Shown piece by piece: positions 6,144 through 14,476 of a DNA stretch of 16,581 nucleotides. Under the pieces are notes generated by a model. That model was not told the DNA's origin, searched no databases, and saw only the letters and a program-made list of their open reading frames with translations. The position numbers and the translations under genes are program-made. How positions within the stretch are numbered: the stretch's first letter is position 1; the number at the start of each line of letters is the position of its first letter. The DNA is from a virus: IMG/VR virus record IMGVR_UViG_3300045988_158152; one strand, 5' to 3'.

Positions 6144-6419
6144 ATGAATGAGAAGCTTTTGAGGATGCTAAGACGGATAGCTGGTACAGAACTGGAAGAA
6201 GGCGAAGTCTATGACGAAACTTTTATCGGTTCAGCGATTAATGAAGCGGCGTCGTATTACAGTGAAATAGAACGTGACCGCGACAGAATCCGTGCACAGT
6301 ACATTAATGATTTTACAAAGCCCAGTGTTGCTGAGGAAGAAGTCATTGCGGATATTGTGCAGAATGAAGAAAAGAAAGAAGTCCCGAAAATTAAAATCGA
6401 GGACTATTTAAACCTGTAA
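6144..6419 (+). CDS. Scaffolding protein (phi29 gp7-like), 91 aa
   Basis: ATG 6144 is preceded by GGGAAGGAG. The protein is small, helical and acidic, and lies directly upstream of the capsid gene. Its C-terminal IKIEDYLNL resembles phi29 gp7 ITIEDLEAK. The ORF-track start at 6063 is a TTG with no SD. Confidence 0.7.
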   Translation: MNEKLLRMLRRIAGTELEEGEVYDETFIGSAINEAASYYSEIERDRDRIRAQYINDFTKPSVAEEEVIADIVQNEEKKEVPKIKIEDYLNL

Positions 6420-6433
6420 AGGAGGGTTAAGAA

Positions 6434-7717
6434 ATGGCAGTAAAAAATGCAGTAACAAATGTTAAGACGCTGTTAGCAGATTTTAGAGCAAGTCTTGCTG
6501 ACACAGAATATGAAGGGCTTTTGCCTGACCCGGTTAGTACTAATATTCGGGAATTTGGCGGAACGCTTATGAACTATGAACCTGTTATGAACCGGTTCTT
6601 TGACTTTTTGGTGAATAAGGTTTCCTTCACCAAAGTGAACAAAATGTACTTTACGAATCCTTTCGGTTTCGCGAAGCGCGGTATGATTCCGTTTGGATAT
6701 ACGATTGAGGATATTTGGGTGGACATTGCAACAGCGCACGCATATGGTGAGGACACCGACCCTTGGGCGATGCTGAAAACAGAAAAACCTGACCTTAAAG
6801 TTGCATATCACAACCGGAACCGTGAGGACTACTTTAAACAGACCATATGGAGACGTGATTTACAGGCCGCGTTTTATTCCGAAGAAGGCGTTGCGTCTCT
6901 GGTTGACCGTGTAATAAACGGCATGTACACTAGTAATGATGTGGCTGAATTTGCGTACACACTTGCGTTGTTTGTGGATTATATAGACAGCGGAAAGTTT
7001 AAATTGGTTCACGCAGACGAACCTACGGACGAAGCTAGCGCAAAAAGTTTTCTTACCGCTCTTAGAATTGCTTCTAATACCTTGCGTTTTCCTACTCGTT
7101 CCATGAATGCGGCGGGAGTTATGAATACAACGTCTCTGGAAGATCAACGTCTATTTATTACTCCTAAGGCCGATGCCGTTACCAGCGTTCAGGCTCTTGC
7201 TTATGCATTCCATATGGACGAGGCGCGATTCCTTGGCAGAATTACCCTCATTCCGGAGATTCCGAATCATCCCGAAATCATAGCTGTCATTGCAGACGAG
7301 GAATTTTTGAATATCTACGATAATCTTTTCGAAGCAAATGATTTTTATGACCGTGAAAAACTGTCTTGGAATTACTGGTTGCATGTATGGCAGACTTATT
7401 TCCTGTCCCCATTTCACAATGCAGTTGCGATTACGACTGCCGCTCTTCCGACTGTTACCAGTGTTACGATTGATGGTTCAGCTGCTTATACGCCGGGCGG
7501 AAGCTCTGTTTACACAGCAACCGTAACTGGGACGAACAATCCCTCTCAGGCGGTTATGTGGTCTGTTCTCGGTAATACGTCCTCTAGTACGCGTATGAAT
7601 GATCAGGGAGTTCTGAGCGTAGGAGCTGAGGAAAAAGGAAATCTTACTATTTACGCTACGCCGTATCTTGATAACTCCGTTCATGGTGAGAAAGCTGTTA
7701 CTGCGGCAGGTAGCTGA
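6434..7717 (+). CDS. Major capsid protein (phi29 gp8-like) with C-terminal BIG2 Ig-like domain, 427 aa
   Basis: YHNRNREDYFKQTI, WNYWLHVWQTYFLSPFHNAVAI and AVMWSVLGN...GVLSVGAEEKGNLTIYAT match the recalled phi29 gp8 blocks [36 protein letters not shown] and KVVWSVEGG...GLLSVSGNEDNQLTVKAT. AAAGGAGGG SD. Confidence 0.9.
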   Translation: MAVKNAVTNVKTLLADFRASLADTEYEGLLPDPVSTNIREFGGTLMNYEPVMNRFFDFLVNKVSFTKVNKMYFTNPFGFAKRGMIPFGYTIEDIWVDIATAHAYGEDTDPWAMLKTEKPDLKVAYHNRNREDYFKQTIWRRDLQAAFYSEEGVASLVDRVINGMYTSNDVAEFAYTLALFVDYIDSGKFKLVHADEPTDEASAKSFLTALRIASNTLRFPTRSMNAAGVMNTTSLEDQRLFITPKADAVTSVQALAYAFHMDEARFLGRITLIPEIPNHPEIIAVIADEEFLNIYDNLFEANDFYDREKLSWNYWLHVWQTYFLSPFHNAVAITTAALPTVTSVTIDGSAAYTPGGSSVYTATVTGTNNPSQAVMWSVLGNTSSSTRMNDQGVLSVGAEEKGNLTIYATPYLDNSVHGEKAVTAAGS

Positions 7718-7732
7718 AAATAAAGGCGGTGC

Positions 7733-9418
7733 ATGAACATGGAATTTATGACAGATGTAGAAACAAGAGCAATGCAATCAAATGTGTTCCAACTTTTAGG
7801 GTATATTCCCGTAGCTGAAAATCGTCAACTTTATTTTACGTCAGAGTCAGATAGAGATAGCTATTTTGACGGTAAAGTGATAGCTGGTAATTTTACGTTT
7901 AAATACATACGCGAACACAGAGCATTACAGGTTAACTACAATGCGGAAACGTTACTTGCATCTAACTATATGCGGTTCAGAAACACACAGTATAACGGCA
8001 TATGGATGTACTGTTTTGTGGATGCCATTGAGTATGTTAATCCTAAAACATCTTTGATACGCTTTCACTTAGATGCTTGGCAGACGTATTTTAATAACGT
8101 AGTAATACGAGATTGCGACATTGCGCGTGAACATGCACCGCGTGGTTATGCTTACAATTACAATACAGTTGTGGAACCGGTTGATTATGGTGATTATGTT
8201 ATCAATCAGGAAAGTGTATTCACTCTTGATTCGTTATCAGAAGTTAACACATATTTGATAATTTCCACAGCAGACCTTGTGAATTCTGGTGGGACAGCGG
8301 ACGAGGTGATTATAAAAGGTGCGCCCGGTTGTGAAATAAACGGACTACCATCTGCGGCGGGTATTTATTTCGTGGACGAAAATACATCAAGTTTGCGTGA
8401 CATATTCGCAAGTTTATCAGACTATGCGTGGGTAGCACAATCTATCATTTCTGTGTTTCCTTTTCCCGCAGACTTTGTCCCAAAACAAGGTATTTTATCA
8501 AGTGCCATGGGATTTCGAATCGGTGTGTGCTACGGAAATACAAGTCCGAGAAAACGTGTCATTGATATCAACTGGCAGTCCATGTTGCCGGCGTACACTC
8601 AGAAAAAATTGTACTGCTATCCGTATAGCTTTTTTGAGATAGTGATGCCGTCTGGAAATAAGGTTGTACTTAAACCGGAATTAATAAACGGAGCCACGTT
8701 ATCTATTTCCATTACCGGAAGTCTGATACCGGATGGAACACTGTTAGCATCCGCGAACGATTATGATGGGAACATAAATAACAGTGATTTACTCAATGCT
8801 GGAACCAGCTTTTCAGGATTCCCATCATTTCCAGTACAGAATAATCAATTCATTTTGTCAAAATCACAAGCCGTAAGCACCAACAATTTAGTGCACAGCC
8901 AGAATCGTACAGATATTGTTATTGGCGCAATTTCTGGATTAGCAAGTGGAATTGGTCAGGCCGTTTCGAACCAGGGAGACGCTAGCGGAATTGTTAACGC
9001 AATTGCGAATACGTTTCAGAGTGCAGTTAGAGAACAGCAATCATCTGAGAGAGACAGACAAAAAATCGATATGATGCAAAGTGCTATCGGACTGGCTGGA
9101 AATTCTTCTGGTGGAAGTGAAGCGGTGTTAATGGCTGTAAACGGTTCCCTTGATGTAATCATTCGTGCGTATACAGTTAAGCCAGAATTCCGTTCTAAGT
9201 TACAAAGCTATTTCGATGCGTACGGGTATAAGTCTAATCGTATCGGAATTCCGTATTTAAATAATCGTCCTAGATTCAACTACGTGAGGTGTAATACCGT
9301 TAACATTTATGGTAATATACCAAACGAGCATTTAGAAACCATAAGAAGCATGTTTTTAAACGGCGTGACATTTTGGCACGATTATGAAAACGTGGGAACT
9401 TATGGAAATAATGAATAG
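7733..9418 (+). CDS. Tail knob / distal tube protein (phi29 gp9-like), 561 aa
   Basis: The N-terminal block YMRFRNTQYNGIWMYCFVDAIEYVNPKTSLIRFHLDAWQTYF matches phi29 gp9 [43 protein letters not shown]. The C-terminal YFDAYGYKSNRI..RPRFNYVR...LETIRSMFLNGVTFWH matches FFHKYGYKINRV..RKAFNYVQ...LQEIRTIFDNGITLWH. The start could be 7733 or 7739 depending on SD spacing. Confidence 0.85.
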   Translation: MNMEFMTDVETRAMQSNVFQLLGYIPVAENRQLYFTSESDRDSYFDGKVIAGNFTFKYIREHRALQVNYNAETLLASNYMRFRNTQYNGIWMYCFVDAIEYVNPKTSLIRFHLDAWQTYFNNVVIRDCDIAREHAPRGYAYNYNTVVEPVDYGDYVINQESVFTLDSLSEVNTYLIISTADLVNSGGTADEVIIKGAPGCEINGLPSAAGIYFVDENTSSLRDIFASLSDYAWVAQSIISVFPFPADFVPKQGILSSAMGFRIGVCYGNTSPRKRVIDINWQSMLPAYTQKKLYCYPYSFFEIVMPSGNKVVLKPELINGATLSISITGSLIPDGTLLASANDYDGNINNSDLLNAGTSFSGFPSFPVQNNQFILSKSQAVSTNNLVHSQNRTDIVIGAISGLASGIGQAVSNQGDASGIVNAIANTFQSAVREQQSSERDRQKIDMMQSAIGLAGNSSGGSEAVLMAVNGSLDVIIRAYTVKPEFRSKLQSYFDAYGYKSNRIGIPYLNNRPRFNYVRCNTVNIYGNIPNEHLETIRSMFLNGVTFWHDYENVGTYGNNE

Positions 9419-9432
9419 AAAGGAGGGATAAG

Positions 9433-10392
9433 ATGGGGAGACGCAGTATAAGCCGTGACCCGCTCGGTCTGTGTGGTATAGGGTATGACCAGAAAATTAT
9501 GAATGGCGTAAATCGAGATTGGACGTACTGGAATTATCTTAGATATCTTTACGTTTTAGCGATTAGCCGTTTTAAGTGGAATAATTTGCCTGACACGGTT
9601 TCAGAGCGGGTGATAGAACAGACGCTAATCATGAAAGGTAATTGTCTGTTTTTCGAAAATCCGGTTATAGGCATGGTAGCCCTTCCTTCCGCAAACACAG
9701 GAAAATTTAACATTTACAACATTCCTAGAATTCGTCATGTAAATACAGCAAATGGTTATCATACGGTTCGGTACGAGGATAACAGCGTTTTAGTTTTTAA
9801 TGATGCAACCTATTCTCCGTTTGTTCCAATTATCGAATATTATGCCCAAAAGTTGGCACGTGTTGAACTCGCAAAAGATGTAAACATTACCTTACAGATG
9901 CGACCTAAAATTATTCGTACTAACAAGGACACACAGAATTCAATGCGTCAAATGATAAATAATACGCAACTCGGTTTACCGTATATTTTTTACGATGATT
10001 CAGACGAATTTATTTCTGAGACAGACAAACCAGAAGTGTTGGATTTAAGTACACCTATCATCACTGAGCCACTTGACAAAACAAAAATGGCGATTCTTGG
10101 AGAATATCTTTCATTACTAGGGTATAACAACATTTCTGTATACAAGGCTGAACATCTTACTGTGGACGAGGGAAACGCAAATAATGAGCACATTATGGGT
10201 TTCAGAAATAACGCTTTGAGAAGTCGAGAAATTGGAGCCGAACAGGTTAACAGAATGTTTGGCACGAACATAAGTGTAGAATTCGATGCGAATGCACTTG
10301 CTAAAGTGGATGGAACATTACAGCCTAGTGAATCATCTGGCCGAGAAGGATATGCCTCAGGAGAAACAGAAGAGAAAGAGGGTGACGAATAA
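9433..10392 (+). CDS. Portal / upper collar connector protein (phi29 gp10-like), 319 aa
   Basis: YLRYLYVLAISRFKWNNLPDTVSERVIEQTLIMKGNCLFFENPVIG parallels phi29 gp10 [46 protein letters not shown]. Size is 319 aa versus 309 aa, with an acidic C-terminal tail. AAAGGAGGG SD. Confidence 0.9.
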   Translation: MGRRSISRDPLGLCGIGYDQKIMNGVNRDWTYWNYLRYLYVLAISRFKWNNLPDTVSERVIEQTLIMKGNCLFFENPVIGMVALPSANTGKFNIYNIPRIRHVNTANGYHTVRYEDNSVLVFNDATYSPFVPIIEYYAQKLARVELAKDVNITLQMRPKIIRTNKDTQNSMRQMINNTQLGLPYIFYDDSDEFISETDKPEVLDLSTPIITEPLDKTKMAILGEYLSLLGYNNISVYKAEHLTVDEGNANNEHIMGFRNNALRSREIGAEQVNRMFGTNISVEFDANALAKVDGTLQPSESSGREGYASGETEEKEGDE

Positions 10393-11123
10393 TGGCATAT
10401 TATACAACAACATTACGTGACATAATTTATCATTATTCACAGGACAAAAACCCCAAAGCTCTTGCTAAACAAAACGCTGGAGAAGGAAGATACCCTTTCT
10501 TTAAACCAGAGTATGACGTGCCGGTATGGGAACGAATAGCAACAGCCGAAAACAGCATGATTGACAAAAATATTCAGTTCTTTTCCCAGCAAATGAAGGA
10601 TGATTTTTTCCAGCTATTTTGTACTGATAATTTGATGCGAGAAATTGAGTACGAAAGTATTACCATGTTTTTATTACGATTTAATGGTAATATAAGACGC
10701 GTAATATGGCGTTATAATAAAATGTACGAAATTATGCAAAAAGACTTTGATTTACTCAATTCATTTTCCGACGAAACTAGTCGCTCGATTAATGAAGGAG
10801 AGAATACCGAAAACTCTGGCAACATTCACACCAGTGCTACAAACACCAACAAGAATGTGTATGAGGATACTCCCGAAAGTGCTTTAGGTAATGAGGACTA
10901 CGCTACTAACATAACAACAGACAATGGGAGTGGAAGTAGTGATTCAAATTCCTCTGATAAGGGAGAACGTAAACGTGACTTAACAGAAACGGTGACTCAT
11001 AAAGGCTTCACTATTCCGCAGGGCGAAGTATTCAAAAGAAATCGAGAGTCATTGCCAGATGTTATTGGAGAAATGGTTAAAGAAGTAAGCCGTGGACTGT
11101 TTCTCAAAATTTTTACATTTTAG
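10392..11123 (+). CDS. Putative lower collar / proximal tube protein (phi29 gp11 position), 243 aa
   Basis: Immediately follows the portal gene with a taATG overlap. Size is close to gp11 (about 290 aa). The call is by synteny; no motif was verified. Confidence 0.55.
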   Translation: MAYYTTTLRDIIYHYSQDKNPKALAKQNAGEGRYPFFKPEYDVPVWERIATAENSMIDKNIQFFSQQMKDDFFQLFCTDNLMREIEYESITMFLLRFNGNIRRVIWRYNKMYEIMQKDFDLLNSFSDETSRSINEGENTENSGNIHTSATNTNKNVYEDTPESALGNEDYATNITTDNGSGSSDSNSSDKGERKRDLTETVTHKGFTIPQGEVFKRNRESLPDVIGEMVKEVSRGLFLKIFTF

Positions 11124-11138
11124 AAGGGAGGTAATAAT

Positions 11139-12455
11139 ATGGATAACGAAAAACCGAAAAAAGTGTGCAATCCTCCATCGTGGCTTTCCTTACCGTCTGC
11201 GTGGGATTGGTCAATTTCGTTTGAGGAAAGTCTCGGAAAAATCCTGTACAACGTAAATGTGATTGTGCAGTATCTGGAAGATATACAAACGAATTACGAG
11301 GAATACACAGATAAGGCAATTGATGCTTTACGTGTAGAACTCACGGCTGTGATTGACCAGTTAAGAGATTATCACGACAGAACTCTTGCAGAATTACGTA
11401 CATATGTAGACCAGCAAGACACATTTTACTGGAATGAGCATATTAAAGACGTGACTAGAATCGAGGGAATGATAACAGATTTACGGACGTACGTTGATGC
11501 TAATTTTAAGGATATCCGTGATAAACACGCAAGCGATGTTGTTAAAATCTATGCTGATATGGATGTTATGAAGCAGAACTTAACTGCTTATGTGGATTCG
11601 AGTATCGAACGAACAAGAGAGTGGGTACAGAAAGAGTTAGACAAACTGCGGCAGGAAGTGGACGAAATTAATGAGGATGGATTCCGCATCGATAATCCCA
11701 CAACAGGTTTACGCGACCACGTTGGAAACACTGTTACAGATGTGTGGAATGCTCTGAGAGTTCACGCAATTACTGCGGCTCAATTTGACGAGTGGTTTGA
11801 AGCGTTTGGAAACGTGGGAACTGATTTCCAGAAATTACACATGACAGCCATCGATTTTGATGTACAGGCTTATCGAATCATGTACGAAAAATACAAGCAT
11901 CGGATTTACAATCCCATGACAGGAGAATGGGGGAGAATTCAGACAGCCGTAGAAGATGTTGCCAGCATGAATAATGAAATGTGTTTAACAGCTAGTGAAC
12001 GCGATAACATTTTACAGTTTAACGATGCTGACTATAAGAAGTACAATGCAACTGCTTACTTCTGGGACAGAAATTCTATTCAGATTTTTGATACAAATAA
12101 CATCCAAACGATAGAACGTTCAGCAAATGGTTTCAAAAGAAAGTTCAAAATTGCTGGTGTATATGATGCACCAGAAGTTACGGAAGGAACCGTTCCATAT
12201 CTTATCAAAGCAGACCTTCCAGTAACAGCAAAACGGATAGATTTAATAAACGCTATTGTAGCACCAGCATTAAGCAATAGCGGAACTTACCAAACAGAAT
12301 CCAGAAACTATGTGGAAAGCGTAGAGCATAATTTATGGGAAGTTGACTTTAACGTAAATGTGTTAAACGTTACAGTGGAAAACGATTTACACATCATCGA
12401 AGCCCCGGTAATTATGTACATCGAAAATGTTGCTCTTAAGGGAGGGATAGCTTAA
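11139..12455 (+). CDS. Tail appendage / fibre-anchoring protein with N-terminal coiled-coil, 438 aa
   Basis: Occupies the phi29 gp12 position, but I see no similarity to gp12. Residues about 40..180 are heptad-like and carry the recurring motif LRDYHD, LRTYVD, LRTYVD, LTAYVD. GGGAGG SD. Confidence 0.5.
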   Translation: MDNEKPKKVCNPPSWLSLPSAWDWSISFEESLGKILYNVNVIVQYLEDIQTNYEEYTDKAIDALRVELTAVIDQLRDYHDRTLAELRTYVDQQDTFYWNEHIKDVTRIEGMITDLRTYVDANFKDIRDKHASDVVKIYADMDVMKQNLTAYVDSSIERTREWVQKELDKLRQEVDEINEDGFRIDNPTTGLRDHVGNTVTDVWNALRVHAITAAQFDEWFEAFGNVGTDFQKLHMTAIDFDVQAYRIMYEKYKHRIYNPMTGEWGRIQTAVEDVASMNNEMCLTASERDNILQFNDADYKKYNATAYFWDRNSIQIFDTNNIQTIERSANGFKRKFKIAGVYDAPEVTEGTVPYLIKADLPVTAKRIDLINAIVAPALSNSGTYQTESRNYVESVEHNLWEVDFNVNVLNVTVENDLHIIEAPVIMYIENVALKGGIA

Positions 12456-12901
12456 TGTTTACAAGACAGACTCCATATTACAAACTCGGAATTTATAACA
12501 AAATGGACGCTCCGTATCCGAATGAAGATTGGACTGCGAACTTTTCAGAAATCGACACGGATATGAACAGCAATGGAACACTTGCGAATCGTATTTTGCA
12601 AAGGGCAAATGAAATTATTGCCAGAGTTGCGCAGATAGTTTCCATTAATGTTAACATGCGTGAACAGTTAACCTTTGCAGAAGCAAAGTTTCACGAACAG
12701 AACGGAAACGCAACAACTGCTGTCACGGTTGCTACAAATGCCGCTACACTTGCTAACACTGCTTTGACAAATGCAAACAATGCAACAGATAGTGTAAGTA
12801 AATCGGCCGCTCTGGTTACGCAAGCACAGCAAGCAAATAACAATGTTGCTATTTCTATTTCAGGTTTGGACCAGAGAATAGCCGCTCTGGAAAATGCATA
12901 G
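12455..12901 (+). CDS. Tail fibre stalk-like protein, 148 aa (paralogue of the N-terminal 146 aa of the next gene)
   Basis: N-terminal fibre-type motif TPYYKLGIY..D.PYPNEDW..NFSEIDTDMNSN, an Ala/Asn/Gln-rich coiled coil, and an ending ISGLDQRIAALENA. The taATG start overlaps the upstream stop. GGGAGGG SD. Confidence 0.6.
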   Translation: MFTRQTPYYKLGIYNKMDAPYPNEDWTANFSEIDTDMNSNGTLANRILQRANEIIARVAQIVSINVNMREQLTFAEAKFHEQNGNATTAVTVATNAATLANTALTNANNATDSVSKSAALVTQAQQANNNVAISISGLDQRIAALENA

Positions 12902-12904
12902 AAA

Positions 12905-12922
12905 ATGTTTCACGTGAAACAT
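12905..12922. repeat. Perfect 18-bp palindrome ATGTTTCACGTGAAACAT between the two fibre paralogues
   Basis: Read directly: atgtttcac followed by gtgaaacat, which is its exact reverse complement, centred on CACGTG. It lies 4 nt after the stop at 12901 and 20 nt before the ATG at 12943. Confidence 0.9.
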
Positions 12923-12942
12923 CTATAAGGAGGAATTCAAAA

Positions 12943-13719
12943 ATGAGTAGTACAAACAAAACACCTAACTATGGACTGCCACAGTACATCGGCACCGATA
13001 AACCCACATACCTTGGAGATTTTAATGACGCTATGGGAATTATCGACAAGGGAATGAACGACAACAAAAATGCTGCTGGTGAAGGATCAAACAAAATGGA
13101 TGAAGCCAATGCCAGAATCGGTGATGCAGAAGAATCGTTAACAGAAACCCAAAATCAGGTGGACAGTATTAGTGGACTTGCTGAAACCATAGAAGCAAAA
13201 GTTCAAACTGCTTTAACTCAAGCAAATGATGCGGCCACAAAATCTGGACAGGCTAATACCAATTCTACAGCGGCCGTGAATGCAGCTAATCAGGCTAGCA
13301 CAGATGCAAATGCGGCGTTACAACAGGCACAGGGAAATGTTAGTCAGATTAATGGGCTTGCTGCTAGAGTGACAGCACTGGAAGGGGATACTGGCAAAAT
13401 ATTATTCGCCGGTTCCTTGCAAGCAACTAGCAGTGATTACAATAATCCCGGCCATGGAATGTTTGATTTAAAAAATGTATTACCTGACAACTACCAAAAC
13501 ATAACAACAGCACAAATGATTGTACAGGCTGGAACCTTTACATCACAAAATAGCAGGACAGATAACCTTTCTATTGGAGCCGAAACAGGATGGAGTTATA
13601 CTTATACTGCGGAAACAGGTATCCTTTCAGTTTCAGGAATTGGAACAGTTAACTTTGGTTACAAAAATTACCCAAAGGGAATCTGGCTTGTAGTTCTTAA
13701 GGAACCCTTTAAATCTTGA
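12943..13719 (+). CDS. Tail fibre / receptor-binding protein, 258 aa
   Basis: N-terminal motif TPNYGLPQYIGTDKPTYLGDFNDAMGIIDKGMNDN, typical of Gram-positive phage fibre N-termini. An Ala/Asn/Gln coiled coil ends in INGLAARVTALEGD, followed by a C-terminal globular domain of about 110 aa. AAGGAGG SD. Confidence 0.65.
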   Translation: MSSTNKTPNYGLPQYIGTDKPTYLGDFNDAMGIIDKGMNDNKNAAGEGSNKMDEANARIGDAEESLTETQNQVDSISGLAETIEAKVQTALTQANDAATKSGQANTNSTAAVNAANQASTDANAALQQAQGNVSQINGLAARVTALEGDTGKILFAGSLQATSSDYNNPGHGMFDLKNVLPDNYQNITTAQMIVQAGTFTSQNSRTDNLSIGAETGWSYTYTAETGILSVSGIGTVNFGYKNYPKGIWLVVLKEPFKS

Positions 13720-14471
13720 TAACCAGCAACGCATACTTGCAGTTACCGGGCATGACAGAAAATGCAACAGAATTATGGCCTTTATTTAAAGCTATGGGCT
13801 GGACAGAATATGCAATTGCTGGAATGTTCGGTAACTTACAGACAGAGAGTACTTTTAATCCGGGTATCTGGGAAGGATTAAATGCGGGAAACACCAGTGG
13901 AGGATATGGTCTGGTTCAATGGACTCCGGCTACAAAATATTTCAGCTGGTGCCGAGATAATGGATGGACAGACTATAGCAATTATGAACACCAACTTGCC
14001 AGAATACAATGGGAATTAGATAATCATGAACAGTATTACCCTACAAGTAAATACCCATTATCGTTCGCTGAGTTCATAAAATATACACCTGACACCAGCA
14101 TAGGAATGACAGACAAACAGTGTGTTAAATATTTAGCGGATGCGTGGTTAAAAAACTATGAGCGTCCTAGCAACCAGAATCAGCCAAAACGCGGAACACA
14201 AGCATGGTATTGGTATCAGGTATTAGCTCAAGGAGAACCTGACCCACCGCCTGACCCGCCAACACCTCCGCCTGACCCGCCGCCTGACCCTGAACCTGAT
14301 AACGAATATTTATATTTGTGGGAATGGAATGGTAATTTTTATCTTAAAATGACACAGAATCCATTGTATTTTTTACCGTGGCAAGTTAGACGTATCAGCA
14401 CGAACATAGTAAAATATAGAAATACCTTGTTTTACTTCATTGGAAACGGGTATTATAAACCGAGAGGATAG
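13716..14471 (+). CDS. Tail-associated peptidoglycan hydrolase (phage tail lysozyme-type domain; phi29 gp13 position), 251 aa
   Basis: The signature AIAGMFGNLQTESTFNPG....GGYGLVQWTP...QLARIQWEL resembles the GN.q.ES / G.G..QWT signature of the phage tail lysozyme family. It is followed by a proline-rich linker and a 55-aa aromatic-rich C-terminus. The start is uncertain: TTG 13716 overlaps the upstream stop, and the alternative ATG near 13752 has no SD. Confidence 0.6.
   Translation: MITSNAYLQLPGMTENATELWPLFKAMGWTEYAIAGMFGNLQTESTFNPGIWEGLNAGNTSGGYGLVQWTPATKYFSWCRDNGWTDYSNYEHQLARIQWELDNHEQYYPTSKYPLSFAEFIKYTPDTSIGMTDKQCVKYLADAWLKNYERPSNQNQPKRGTQAWYWYQVLAQGEPDPPPDPPTPPPDPPPDPEPDNEYLYLWEWNGNFYLKMTQNPLYFLPWQVRRISTNIVKYRNTLFYFIGNGYYKPRG
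14238..14300 (+). repeat. Imperfect tandem repeat of a 12-nt unit CCTGACCCGCCG encoding (P-D-P-P)n
   Basis: CCTGACCC occurs at 14238, 14250, 14271 and 14283, plus CCTGAT at 14295. The spacing is 12, 21, 12 and 12 nt. It forms a locally GC-rich island and encodes EPDPPPDPPTPPPDPPPDPEPD. Confidence 0.85.
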
Positions 14472-14476
14472 TAAGC

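Noticed and set aside
7338-7526. 62-aa plus-strand ORF inside the capsid gene.
   Set aside because: It is an alternative frame of a gene with clear phi29 gp8 homology, and it has no SD.
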